Origin: Antechinus flavipes
Taxonomy: Eukaryota
Length of the DNA stretch: 64,000 nucleotides
Reading direction: 5' to 3'
Assembly (NCBI RefSeq): GCF_016432865.1
Contig: NC_067399.1
Span: forward strand, 389,670,001 to 389,734,000
The notes under the pieces were generated by a model. The model saw only the letters and a list, made by a program, of their open reading frames with translations. It made no database searches and had not been told where the DNA came from. The position numbers and the translations under genes were made by a program. Below, piece by piece: positions 12,185-26,000 of the stretch; the stretch's first letter is position 1; every line of letters begins with the position of its first letter.

Positions 12185-15100
12185 TCACAGAGTTGCAGAG
12201 AGGCCTGAGACGACCTCATTCTCCTCTGTAGTAGTAGGCTTCTCCGCAGCTTCCCCTGCAGGCAGGCTCCTCCTTTCTGCAATTAACCTTTTCACACCCA
12301 CCATCCATTGACTGACCTCAGTCACATGATCCACCATCAGTGATCGATGTATGTCATCAGCTCCATCCCAGTTGTGGTTCCTGAGCTCTAAGAGAAGACA
12401 GACCCTGAGTATAATACAGTGCTTCCCCTCCACACAAAGACTGTTCCTCTGAATATTTAATAAATGGTCACATTTCTATAGAGCTTTAAGGCTTACAAAA
12501 TGTTTCCAATGAATCGGAAGTATTATTTTGTAGATGAGGAAATATATTCAGAGAGGTAAGAGTATTTCCGATAGCCTAGATTTGAGCTGTCTTGATTCCA
12601 AGCACAGTACTGATTCAATTTATTTCCACTATATGCTGCTGCCTCTCTAGTAGACTATTCCCTAGACTGACTCAAACCAATGCTCTTTTGGCCAAAGAGA
12701 CCTAATGGCAGAATTCAAGGGCATTCTGAGGTCCTGAATGTGGCTCACCTTGCACCAGTAGTGCCATCCTCTTCCTCACAGGAACTGACAGCTTCTCACT
12801 CTTCCACTGTCCTTGAAGCAAGGCTAGGCGCCGGCTGATGTCATCAAAGATCTGTTTCTGAGCACACAGACACTCTTTCCAAGTCAAAGCTCTAATCTGC
12901 CTTTTTGTTTTCCCTTCACAATACTCCCAATTGTGGTCTTTTCTTTTATTCCTACCACCTATACCATCCTACAAATCCCTTTCTTCCTTAGAGTTCAATT
13001 CCTCTAGAGAATTATTGTGAGGCACCTTGGACAGAGCAGAAGGGTTCCCTCCTAAGACAAAACCAAGGTAATGTGTGTAATGTTTGGAAACACATTACCA
13101 GGTTCTGCTCTGTTTCACGTTAAAGAGCACATAACTAAGTATAATTCCAACAGCTGAAGGGGGAATAGAAGGAACAAGAAAATATAGAATTCAGGGTTGA
13201 AAGAGACCTTAGTGGTTATCTAGTACCACGTCTGGCATATTTTGTTGATGAAAACAGTCTCAGAGAGAGGTATTATGATTTATCTAAAGTCACATTGAAG
13301 TGGGATTTGAACACAAGTATTCATTATTCCTAATCTAGTATTCTTTTTACAAAAGAATTCTTACCTCATTTTACTTTCAATTTTCTTAAAATTGTGGTTC
13401 CCGACTCCCATATGGAATCTTGTAACTTAAGGTGGGAGTTGTGAAATTATTATTTATTATTAGTAAATGTTTGATTTATACTTTTTTTTTTAAATATACC
13501 CATATGCCCAGGGTCATGTACAAATTTCTCAGGTGAAAAGGGGTAGGGAGTCACTAGTGGAAAAAGTTCAAGAAGCCTTGACTTATACTCTGCTGCCCAG
13601 GTTTAATTTGGCACCTACCCAATCTAGTTCCTTCTTTATAAAAAGTGAAGAGAATTTCACTACTCCCTTTTAGGAATGGGGAGAGGGAGATTCAATTTAA
13701 GTAAAAAAAGCAAAAGGAATACATAGATAGATGTGATACAGCCTTGTCCCCAAGAGAGTGGCTTATGATCTTAGTCATTCCCCAGCTCAACTTCCATCAT
13801 GAAACCTGGGCTCCCTGGGGCCTTACCTGTGTATGAGAACGGCAATCCTCCAAAGCCTGTTCCAAGGGTCCCAGCACATCTTCTAGCATGGTTTCACAAG
13901 TGACTGAAGAACTGGCGGGTTCCAACTTCAAGGGAGAAGAGTTTCCCCCAAGGGGAGGCCCTGTAGTCTTTGTCAGGAGTGGTGGAGGTCCCACTGGAGG
14001 AGCCCCAGTAAAAGGTTCTGAGGTAGGCACTGAGAAAAGGTAAATCAACGTGTTGACAACACTACTGAGCATTATGGCCCTAACTGTATGACAGACATAA
14101 CCAGTTTATGACAGACATAACCAGTTTCGTTCTCTCACTGCCCCCACCAGGGCCCTTTCCTATAAGCTAAGGAATATTAATGAAAACCAAAGAATATTCC
14201 TCAACTTTTCCTAGTCAATGGCCCCAAGTCTAGATAGCTGGAAGGGGAGGAACAGAGAAGGGAGAAATAGGAAAATTTTTCATTCAGGATCTCAAACTGG
14301 AACCCTGTACATTTCTCCATTTAAAACCCCATAAGAACAAGAACTACTCAATAAACCAAAAACTATTTTAGGTTTGGGAAGTCTGTATCAATGTCCAAAG
14401 ACAACAAACTGAATCTAAATCATAACTTTTTAGCAAGAATATCCCAAATGGCAACACAAAGGGATGTCTTCGGGAGAACAGAAAAAAGAATCAGAGGCCA
14501 AAACCTCCTGAATAAAAGAAACACAGGCAATTCTCCCCTAATCACAATGGAAATTTGAACTGGACTCACAAATGCTCACCTTTTGGAGAACCATCCTGGG
14601 GAGCTGCAACCCGCTTAGTCAGTGGTGTCCTCTTATGACTGCTACCCTGGGTCTGCAACCCATAAGAGAATTGTGGAGGGTCATTCCAGCCTCTATCCTT
14701 GTTTCCTGAAATAGAAGGCAAAAGTGGAAAGAGGAAAATTGGAGAAAAAGCAAGAATTAAAGTGGGGAGGAGAGGATACAGTAATGAAAAGGACGGAGGA
14801 GGGGGGAAGAAAAAATTAGGAAAAAGAAAGGAATGTGAAAGCACTGAAGACAAAAACAAAAGACATGATGATAAGAGGAAAGACAGAAAACGTGAAGAAA
14901 GGGGAGAGGGAAGATGAGGCTCCAAGAGAAGAAAGGAAGAAAAGGAAAATGAAAAGGGAAGAAGCAAGAGGAGAAAAAAGGGCGGGGGAGAGGAGAGGAA
15001 AAGAGAAGGCGGGAGGGAAGTGAGGGGGGAAGAAGGTGAGGAGGAAAGATAGAAGGGGAGGAGAGGGGAGATAATAAAATTGGGAGGGGAGTGTGGAGAA

Positions 15101-15377
15101 GGGAAAAGAAGAAGGATTGAAGAGGAAAAAGGAATTGGAGGGCAAAGAGGGAGAGAAGGTTGAGGGAGAAAGCTGGGAGGGGAAAGATGGGACTGACAAC
15201 AGACATACCCTGCACCTCAGCATCCCCCTAACCATCCTGCCACCAAGTCTAGTCAACCCCATCCCTCCCCACCTCATACCCGGCCTGCCCTCGCCTGAGT
15301 CCTCCAGCCCCGGTGCTAAGAGGAGGCTCTAAAGGCGCAGAGCCCAGCTCACCCGGCTTCACGTACAGCTCCGCCAT
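12185..15377 (-). CDS. SRA1: Steroid receptor RNA activator 1 protein (SRAP), 221 aa, 5 coding exons
   Basis: Exons 15377-15353 (MAELYVKP), 14705-14580 ([18 protein letters not shown]), 14029-13827, 12857-12749 ([14 protein letters not shown]) and 12387-12185 ([38 protein letters not shown]). Total 666 nt, canonical splice sites. Confidence 0.97.
14706..15190. repeat. Purine-rich (GA) low-complexity tract in SRA1 intron 1
   Basis: About 480 nt strongly dominated by A/G on the + strand (polypyrimidine on the SRA1 transcript strand). Confidence 0.85.
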
Positions 15378-15520
15378 CGCCTCACTTCCGCACGGCCAAC
15401 GAGGCAGTGGTGGGGTCACTTCCGGAGGCGGGCCACGCCGTGCTACTCTGCTTCTCATTGGGCTGTCTCCAAGCTTGCGCTCCGCAAGCTCCACCCATCC
15501 TCTCGAACAGGGGCTGGCGA
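15280..15520 (-). promoter_or_regulatory. SRA1 CpG promoter with ETS-type motifs (approximate)
   Basis: CpG-rich; two CACTTCCG (ETS/GABP) motifs and a GGCGGG box just upstream of the ATG. Confidence 0.6.
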
Positions 15521-15669
15521 AGAGGCAGCTATTTTAGGAGTCTCTCCTCGAATTTGGATTAATAGTTGGAGAATGGAGGCAGAAATTTTAAAGAGGGATT
15601 GTAGGAGGGTCGTTTCATCGGTAGCTCCTTTCGCAGCTAGTTATAAGTTTATAAGTCAATTAGTAAGCA

Positions 15670-16330
15670 CTTTTGAAGTGTCGAGCACTGTGCTAAGCGC
15701 TGGGGACATAACATTAAAAAGATGTGAGGCAATCTCTGACCTCCAGTCTCGTGAGATAAAGAGCAAGCACACAAATATGTACAAAACAAGCTATAGAGAA
15801 AAAAAAAATTGGAAGTAACCAACAGAGAAGACACTAGAATTGGGGAGTTGCAAAAGGCTTCCTGTAGAAATTGGGAGTTTAGATGGGACTTGAAGAAAGC
15901 AGCGGGAGGGAGAAAGTTCCAGGCACGAGGGTCAGCCGGAGAAAATGACCCCCAAGCCATGGGTCTTGTTCAAAAAACATCCCGCTGAGTCACTAGATTC
16001 AAGAGTATTGGGGGAGGTGTAAAGTATGAAGACTGGAAAAGGTTAGGAGGGGGACGTTAAGTTTTGAAAATTTTGTATTTGATCCTGGAAGTGATTGGGA
16101 GTCACTCGAGTTTTTGAAGTGAGGTGTCATGGTCAGATCTGCACTTTAGGAAAACCACTTTGAAGGGATTGGAAGATGGATTTTGTGTGTGGGGACACTT
16201 GTGATGGGGAGAGCCACCCGCAGGCCATCTTGATTGTGAGCTCCTTGAAGGCAGGGGTTGTCTTTTGCCTATTTCCGTCTCCTCAGTGTTTTATCACCAT
16301 GCCTGACTCTTAATAGGCACTTACTGTTGA
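15670..16330. mobile_element. Ancient L2/MIR-type fragments (approximate)
   Basis: Typical L2 3'-end phrases such as AGCACTGTGCTAAGCGCTGGGGA and GTGAGCTCCTTGAAGGCAGGG. Confidence 0.5.
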
Positions 16331-17829
16331 CTGGTAGTCAGCTAATGAAGACCCTGTACCAACCAACCTGGTGGCAGTATCAGAGAAGGGAAAGGATAGT
16401 ATTCCAGAGTTGTTGCAAAAACGTAACTGACAGTGACAGGCCTTGAAGACTGACTGAACATAGGAGTCAGAGAGGACATAGATGGCCTGTGGGCTGGGGA
16501 GGGTAGTGGTTCCTTGTATAGCAATAGGGTAGTCTGGGGGGAATGGAATCTGGAAAGAAAATAATTGAGTTCACTTTTGGATATGTTGAGTTTAAGGTAG
16601 CTACATCCAGGCTGAGAAGTCTGAAAGGTAGTTAAGAGATGTGACTCTGAAAGTCATCAAGGGTTTTGGGCAGGATGATGATCCCAATCCATGGGAGTTG
16701 ATGAGATCACCAAATGAAAATGGACAGCCAGAGGAGAGAAAAAGGCCAGGACACACATAGTCCAGTACTTCCTGTCATATAGACGAGTCTCTATGCCCTA
16801 GTGCATCTATAGGAGAATACACAAAAGGAGTAATTCACATTTCTGCAGTGTTATGAAGCACTTTCCTCACAAGAGCCCTGCAAAAATAGTAGTACAAGTA
16901 TTATTATTCTTGTTTTATAGTTGAGGGAGGCAAAAGAGATGAGAGTTTTTCAAAGTCCAAGAGTTAGGGCTGTAAGACAGGTGTGAGATATGTTTTAGCG
17001 AATTCTTCCAGCCTGCAAGAGCAAATATTAAATTTTCAGTGTGAATATTTACAACCCAGAAATTATCAATGACTATAAATCAGGGCTTGATTTATTTTTT
17101 TTGTTAGCTGTCCACATTAAACTGATTAAACTTAAAATTGTGTCCTGTTTATATTTTCCCTCCAGAGAGTCCAGTGGTTAAACATTTACCAATACAATAC
17201 TGAAGAAAAGTCTTCCAATTCCCATTTTAGGCGTGCTCTTAACTCTTCTATGCTGCTGCCTCTCATCTTCCATCACTCTGAGCCAGGTTTCCAGTTTAGA
17301 GCAGAGAAGGGAATTTTTGAAATTATTTAGTCCAGGGGAATAATCTGGGGGCCATTATTCTGAACTAGGGAAAAATACATCTTTATTTTCACTAAATATT
17401 AACTAAAATTGAAGGATTCCTTCAATAATAAACATAGGTAACTAACATTATGCTAACTGGGTCCATTTAAAGACTAGCATGCCTTTTACAGATGAGGAAA
17501 ATGAGACCAAGAGAAAATAAGTACCTTATTTCATTTGACAAGGACCTCTACACTATGCTGGTATCTGGTCCAAATACTAGAATCAAATTCAGGCTAGTCA
17601 TGGCAGCTACCTGCCAGTGACATTCCTATAGTTATTCCCCAGCTCAGCTAACTCCAGTGGTCTAAGGTAAGAATGGTAATGATTACACTTATATAGATAA
17701 GACTTTTAAGGTTTACTAAGGATTTTACATACTTCTATAAGATAGGTACCATTACCAGCATTTTGCAGATAAAAGAACTGAGGCTACTTCTACCTAGTCT
17801 ACTTATTTTATGCCATCCCAATTAAGTAA

Positions 17830-18970
17830 CAAAATTTATTGAACTAGGGAAAAAAATCATTTGGAAGAACAAAAGATCAAGAATATCAGAGGAACTATTA
17901 AAAAAAATAAAAATAAAAGAGCTCTAGCAGTATCAGATCTCAAAATTGTATTATAAGGTAGTAATTCTCAAGCTATCTGGTACTGACTAAGAAACAGAAT
18001 GGTGGATCAGTGGAAGAATAGATATACAATACACAGTAGCAAATTATTATACTAATCTTGTGTATATAAACATAAAGATCTAAGTTTTGAGGATAAGAAC
18101 TCACTATTTGAGAAAAATTGCTGAAAAACTGAAAAGCAGTCCAGCAGAACTAAGTACAGATCAATATCTTATACCATTTATCAAGATATAATTAAAATGA
18201 ATATCTGACCTAGACTAAAGGGAAATATCATAACTTTAACAAGCTTACCTATCAGATTTATGAATAGAAGAATTTATGAAATAAGCAAGAGATAGTACTG
18301 TGGGATATAAAATGGATAACTCTGATTAAATTAAAAATGCTTTGTACAAATAAAACCAATAGAACCAAGATTAGAAGGAAAGCAGAAAATTGGGGGGAGG
18401 GGAAGAGGGTGGATATTCATAGACAGTTTCTAGAATAAAAGCCTATATTGGGAATTATAACCAAGGAGTTATAAAACTGTTTGTATATACTCTTTGACCC
18501 AGCAATACCATTATTAGGTCTGTTTCCCAAGATAGTTAGGGAAAAAGGAAAAGAATCTATATGTTCTAAAATATTTATTGGGAAATGACTGAATTAAACT
18601 GTTATGTATGACTGTGATGAAATAGTGCTGTGCTGTAAGAAATGAGGAGTAGAAAAAAAATGAGCGGGTTGATGTTTAGAAAAACATGTTAAATAATACA
18701 GTGAAATGAATCAAAGGAACATTATATACAATAATATTGTTTGAATAGTAACTGGATTATTAAGTTATTCTGAATATGAACATTTATACCAACTATAAAG
18801 GACTTATGAAGGAAAATGCTATTCACTTTCAGAGAAAGAATTGCTATATGGAATTATATATTTTATGGTTCCATATATATCTATTTATCAAATATCAGCC
18901 TTTGTTGATGTGCTGTTGGGAGGAAAGGAGGAAGACAACTTGGAATTCAAAATGTAACAAAAAAACCTGA
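17830..18970 (+). mobile_element. Degraded L1 ORF2/3' UTR fragment (approximate)
   Basis: Similar to the L1 copies at 33260-35100 and 37900-39400 (e.g. GGATAAGAACTCACTATTTGA, CTTTGACCCAGCAATACCA). Confidence 0.75.
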
Positions 18971-20073
18971 ATCTGAAACTGTTAGTTGATACAATAGGAG
19001 TCTGAGGCAGGATTCAAATTTCTTTGACTTCAGATCCTACTCTCTATTCACTATGCCACCTAGTGGCCCAAGGAAAAATGCAGACTCTCTTTTCCGTGTA
19101 ACAGAACCTAATTTCAATTTTCTTTTCCACCCTATTCTTTCACTCTTCTAACCAAATAGTACTATTACTATCCCTAATGTATGACATCCCATTCTCTCAG
19201 ATCTGCGCCCAGGCCAAGACTGCACTTTCTTTACCTCTTATGATACTTAGTTTCCTTCAAAGTTCAATTTTAATGCTTGCTTTCCAACATGAAGCTTTTG
19301 ACTCCCCTAGATATCAGTGCTTCTATCCTCATCCCAAAACATCTTATATTTACTTTCTCCATAATATTAATCTGTTTTTGTACTTATATGTGTAAATGTT
19401 GTCTGACCCAGAAAACAGTAAACTCCCTGAAGGATAGGAACTGTTTGACATCCTTTTATTACCAGAACAGTACCTGCAACTTAGTAGGCATTTAATGTTT
19501 GATGATTACCCTTAGGGATCAAGTGCCTGATCCCTAGGATTGGCAGGCAGTGGTTCTGCTCAAGAGATTTATCTCTGCTATATGGACCTTACCCCCTGGA
19601 TATATTCTCTCCAAATGAGCCATTTATATCTCCTAGCACCAAGCACAGAAACAGACAATCACCCTTTCCTTGGCAGCACAGTCACACCCAATGAGGCCAC
19701 TCTGAGATTTTATTTGCACTGATTTTGCTAAAAAGTGTTGCTGAGGTAGAGCCAACTGCCCAGAACTGGACAGGGGCAGGGATCATAGGAATCAGGAAGG
19801 AAGGAAGGAAATGGGTCTGGGATAGGGTTAGAGGCTGCAGTCAACCCAGAGAAGATTAATAAATATTCGATATAAATCACTAATATAGTAATAAAGGACA
19901 TAGGGATAGGGCAGGCAGGAAGACAAGTCAAATAAGGAAGACTTTAAAGATCATGGGGGCAGGTGAGAATAGAGAGGTGGTAGGGTGGCCAGTTAGATTC
20001 CCAGAATATGAGTGGTGTGAAATTGCTGGCAGGGTTCCTAAAGCCTCTCTTTCCCAATCTTCCCCAGCTCAAT

Positions 20074-23000
20074 CTAGGGCATATGCAATAAAGAGGGTTT
20101 CAGGCGGAAGGAATCAAAGAAGGAGAATACACCTCTTTTACGGGGGGCAGCCCCGGCACCTCCAACTCCACCTTTAAGCAGGGGGAGTGGGAGAGGCACA
20201 GGTCCTCCTGCTGAGTCCATAGAGCTTGTCCGCTTGAGGCGAAGTCGAGCTCGGGCTTGGGTGCCTCGAGCCTTCCCTCGAGCTGCAGAGGCCACAAGAC
20301 ACTTCTGGTACTGTACCTAAGAAAAGGAATGCAACACAATATTGTACAACATAATGTAAATACTTATTAAGCACCAACTGTAGGTAGTCCTATGAAAAGA
20401 GAGATATACAAAATTAAGGAAAGGTACCAGACCTGCACTCAAGTAGTTTATAATCTAACTGGGGGATAAGAAATCAAATAGATAGCTATAATAGCAATAC
20501 TAAGTATATCAGAGTTATTAAACCAAAATCTGGAGGGAAGGTTATCACATAGCAAGAAAATCAGGGAAGGATTCCTGGAATATAGGGCTTTTAATATGAA
20601 TTTTTAAGAGTGGGTAAGATTTCAACATGTGAATAAAGAGAAGGAAGGACATTTGAAATAGGAACTAACATGAGCAAAGGAAAAGAGCCAGCAGATCAAA
20701 CACATTGTATGTTTGGAAGACAGAGAATAGTATTCTGATTAGACCATAAAATGCATGAAGGCTGTAAAAACAGAGTAGACTTTAATGCCAAGGAGAATCC
20801 TGAACACCACTTGAGAGTAAGAGGGAGCAACTGAAGTTTTATGAGGAAAAAGTGACATCATCAGGTCTAGACACAAGACTATTCTAGCAGGAATATAAAA
20901 GACAGATTAGAGCCATCCAAAGATGGCATCCTTTTCCAAACAATGGATACAGGACAATCTTCGGGGAGACAGTACTGAGGGCTTACCCTAAGGTGTTTAA
21001 CAATACAGAGGAGGAGGAGGTGAATTAAGAGGTGTTGTGGAAGTGGAATTAATATGAACAGGATTGGGGCAATAATCTTCTGGGACGTGAGGGACAGAGG
21101 AGTTAAAAATATCCCAGTGATCATAATGAGGAGTGAAGGGAATTCTCCAGGTGAAAAGCATGGAGGCGAACAGGAATCTGAGGAAGAATCAATTTTACAG
21201 GATAGTCAGGGGTGGGGAAAGGGCAGCTTCATTCTATCTGCCTACTACTGAGCACCTCGAAGCTAGCTGTGAGAAAAGAGCCAGTGAAAGGCTGTGCGCC
21301 AACTGATGTTTGCTCGCTCCTCTATCACCATGTGGGCTGCCTAAAGGGCAACAGCCTCAAATGCTAAGGAGGAATCCATGTAGGCCAAGGAGCCCCTAGA
21401 GATGAAGAATCTTAGGTACCACAGGTAAGGAATGAACTAGTTCTCCAGAAAACACCACCTCCCCCTTCCCAAGGCCCCTCCCTCATCAAGCTCCTCCCTC
21501 CCCTCAAAGCTCACCATGCACGCAGCCTGAACAGCCTCAGAGAGTGCCCCAGCATGGGGCTGGCACCAGAAGGCAGCACACTGGAACCGTTGGTGACCAA
21601 GGTCAGCGATGAGTCCAAAGGTGTGGGGGTCATGGCCAACCCCAATGAAGGTCACATGTCGTACTGGACATTGCCACAGTGGCTCTTCTTCCGCACCCAG
21701 TTCTGCCTGTCCCTTTCACCCACCCCAATTATGCAATCATCAGTGAGGGCTGACCCCTTACTCAGGACCTCCCCCTCCCCTGAATGCTTTCCCCTCACCC
21801 CTGGCCTCAATTCCTGACTCAGTGGTCCTGTCTCAGCACTCCACAAACACTAATGCAAGATCTTGGTTTCCTTCCCTCTCCTCCTGAAACTGGGATCTCT
21901 TCCTCCTAGCACTAAATGGTTGCCAATCCCTGTTACCTGGACAGGAAATGCAGTCATGAGTGAGTCAGAGACGCTGAGTATAGTTGGGGCCCAGGAATCA
22001 TGGTCCCCTTGGGAAGTCAAGGCCCCAATGGCTTCATTCAGCACATCCATCCCTGGGGAAGGGTAGATAGATCCATTGCAGCTTTTATCCTGGTCCAAAG
22101 GGATGGGAGTCTGGGAGCTTTTGACTCAGGGAGACTTTTTTAAGACAAAAATAAGTGTAGGCCTCTGGCTCACTTTGGGCCCAGAGAAAAAGAGAGCAGG
22201 ATGACCAAATAAATATAAATCATGGGACTGGAGAGGGAGGGTCAGGCCCTAAGGCTTTTATATGGCTAGACCTTACATGGAATCAACAAACACTTCAAGA
22301 CACACTTCAGAATCTCACATCTTATTTCTAATCCCATGTCCATTCCATGCTCCACCCAGAGGGGTCTTAAATTTCCCTATCCCAGCAGTTCCTTACCCAT
22401 GGCCTTACTGACTGGCAGGGTCCCAACATAGAGAGCTTCATACTGCTGGGCAGCCTGGCTCACCGCATCAAGAAGCTCCACTGAGAGGTAGATAAGATCA
22501 CTGTGACCTTCTAAAAGTAAGCATTTCTCCCCAGAATATTCAGTGCGAGTGAAACACTGGAGAGGAAAGCCTCACTACCCCAACTCTCAAGTCTACAGAC
22601 ACGTGGGTAGATCCTGCCATTTATAGGGCTCCTCATTGTGAAACAAAAGCAGAAAAGGATGGACACAAAATAAGGGCAAAACTTCTGAGGCTACTTTCCC
22701 CCTCCCATTATAACCTTCCCCCAAGCTACCTCTGCAACTCTACTAAACTTATTTTCATGACCTCATCCTTGTAGTCCCTACCCTTTACCTCATCCTCTGG
22801 TTGTACCTTGCCTGGGTAGATCCTCAGGGGAAATGGGGTCCAAGGAACATCGAGGAGGGTCACCGCTCATCCCTGCTCTCTCTGACAAGATCTGCAACAT
22901 AAACACTCTGGGGTCGGGGGTGAGAGATCAGGCAAGGGGAACTCTTCGGACTCATGTTGTCCCCATCCCCCTGTAGTGCCCTCCTACCCTATCCCTTTCA

Positions 23001-26000
23001 GGGTCCCTCACCTGGGCACATAGCCCATGCAGGGCACTGGCAATGGCCTTGGCTGGGACATCACAGCGAAACACGTGGCATTTCAACATGCAGGTGTCCT
23101 TGTCACCCGCCACAAAGGCGAAGTCCCTGTGAGAGGGCAGGGATGGGGTTGGGGAGATGAGTGATGGGAGTGAAAAGGAAAGACACTGGGAGGAGGGAAA
23201 AGATAGAAGAAAATATATCTAGAAAAAGAGGAGAGAAGTCTACAGAGTGAAAGGGAATGGAAGGAAGTGAGGAAGGAAAAGAGATAGGGCACTTGGCCCT
23301 GCCACTCACCTGTCTCTGATCCAGAAGCATGTGAAGAACACAGGGGACAGTCAGACTAGCCCTTTCCTGCTTCATTCCCATCATTCCCAATCTTTCCAGA
23401 GGTGGAAGCTCAGTTTACCCTCCCCACCAGGCCCATGCCAAAACAAAGAGAAGCATCAGCCTTCAGCAGGGCCAAATCTGGGAGATGTCTGGGACTAAGG
23501 TCCAGCATGGCAAGGTCATGGGGCTAGGGTCTGGAAGGAGTCTAGAATCAAGGTCCAACTTGGAAAGGTCAAAGAGTTCATGGGGGTCAATGTATGAGAA
23601 GTCACTCCTGGGGGAGAGGGATTGTGAATCTTCAGGAAAACCAGTTGTCCAGGAATTTCTCACCGGCCATTGGTACTGCCCACACCCCAGACTCGGATAT
23701 GCACAAGGGGCTGACAATGGATTAGGCTGTGATCCAGGGGATTCACCAGACTCATCGTGTCTTTCTTCAGAATCATCAACATGTTCTGACCCTACAAAGT
23801 ACAGGAAACAGACAAAAAAGGAGTTCCCTTGAACTCAATGAATGAATTATGGAGGGTTTGGGCTACAAGGGGATACTGAGAACAGCTTCTTGGAAAATCA
23901 AAAAGGGAGTTGAGTTTAAAGGGCTAAATCCAGAGACTTGGAAAAGGGAAAAGAAAAAAAAAATTAGAGAAAGTTCCATATGCCCCTAAAGTCACAATAC
24001 TCAAAACCAAAAGGGATTTAAAAGAGATTTAATCTAAACAGGTACTAAGAGTGAGATGGTAACATGTCCAAGATAATACACACAGAGTAATAGGGACCTG
24101 AATCTTTTCAAATGATTTAAAAAACTTGAGTGCTTTGCTGCCTCTAAGCTTGAATGTTTCTAGCAAGCGACCCTATCCAGTCTCTGAATCCTTCCAACCC
24201 AAATCACAGAAGAGGAGAATTGACAGAAGGGAACAAATTCAAGAAGCCAAGAGATAGGCTCACCTCACCCCAAGCCCTAGCAGGAGGGCGACTTTGACCT
24301 CGGCTCTGTGCCAGCTGTTGAATGCAGTTGTTGACAGCAATGCTGCTCTTTCCAGGTGCCAGGTCCTCCTCAGGCACCTCCACCCAGCCGAGAGAGCGTA
24401 CTGCAAAGCACTGATAGATAGTAGGGCCAGGTGGGAGAGAGTTAATTGGAGAAGAGGGAATTTAGGAGTTGCAGGAATGAGGAGCAGAAAAGCCAAGATC
24501 CTTCTCTACAGATGGCTCCCTGTACCATGTACATGGGGTTTAATGAGGTAAGATAGTATATAGCATTATCATGCACGTGAGAAAACTAAGGTTCAGAAAA
24601 GTTAAATGTCTCATCCACTGGCACACAGCAGGTGTCAGCATCATCTTACCAGGTAAATTCATCATCCCCTATGAAAGGAGACCAAAGCATAGCCCATGAT
24701 GCCTTTTCAGCTCTGGAAACACAGGTCATTATCCTCTCAGTATATAAAGACAGGCTCTCCCATGACCCTTCCCTGCCATCCTATGCCTAAAGATCTCTCT
24801 ACTCCAGTCTCCAATTCTAAGAGCTCACTAAGGCCTGCTTCCACATTCCCAGGGCATCCTTGATGCTGAAAAAGAGATACTGGTACCCACCACCCTCTAC
24901 CTTGGAGCCTGGTTCCATGCTTCGGATGTAGGCTTCTTCCCCACACCAAGGCAGAGAAGTCCTGAAATAGAGTAGGGCTAGTAAGAGGAGGCTCTCCATA
25001 AGGAAGGACGCCAACTCACTTAAAACCCAAAGAGCCCAGAAAAGGAGGCATAATTATAATATGGTAGCTACTGAGCAAGATGACTGACTGGTCATCTAGC
25101 CACAAGTCGGATTACCCAACTGCCCTCTTCTCCCTCTGCTTCTTGGTGAGAGTTCACAGACACTGAAATCCACATCCTTATCCTGATTACCTTCGGTCCA
25201 GTGAATTTTCCAAGCTAGAGAAGGATCTTCCTTTGGGGGGCCGTAATCCCCATGCCCCTCCCGTGCCCTATGGAGAGGAAGGTCAACTTAAAGTCAAATG
25301 AGTAGATCAGGGACTCTAGGAGAAGAATCACTAAGCTCTCCAGCCCCGACCAGACATTATCAGTCTCTTCCCAACCCCTACATACCGAGTCAGGTGGCAT
25401 AGAATCCCCAGGTTCCCAGACTGGGCGCTGCCACTGAGTACTGCCACTAGGTACATGCCAGTAGTAGGTGCCAGCAGCATCATGGATTTTCCGCCAACCA
25501 GGGGGCAATCCGGGCTCTCCCTCTAGGCTCTGGTCACTCCATAAGTCATCTGTAAGAGTACCATGGTGAAGAGGGTAGATTCTAGACTACTCAGACATAA
25601 TGCAGCCTCAGCCCCTGGGGTCAAGTACACTCAGAAAGGGCCTTAGGAATCATCTCATCCAACTCTCTCATTTTGCACATAAGGAAAATGAGAGCCAACG
25701 AGCTAATGAGCAAGCAAAATAGGGAATCCTTGTCAAGGGTTCTTGATTTGGAGTTTGAATATTTTGCTAATTGTATGATTTATTATTTAAATAAGTGGCT
25801 TCCTTTGCAATTCTAAGGTTTTTTATTATTATTTTACGTATATTTAAAAAAGAAAAACCTTCTAAGACAATATATAGGCTTCACCAGACTGCCAAGCTAG
25901 TCCCCGACACAAAAAAGGCTAAGAATACCTGAGCTCCATCTACCAATCCTCTTCCCCTCTCTGGTGCCCGACCCTAGCAAAGCCCCTTTCTCTGGGTTGT

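Noticed and set aside
14566-15332. Several overlapping F/L/S/P-rich and K/R/E/G-rich ORFs
   Set aside because: Artefacts of the GA-rich low-complexity intron; only 14580-14705 is a real exon.
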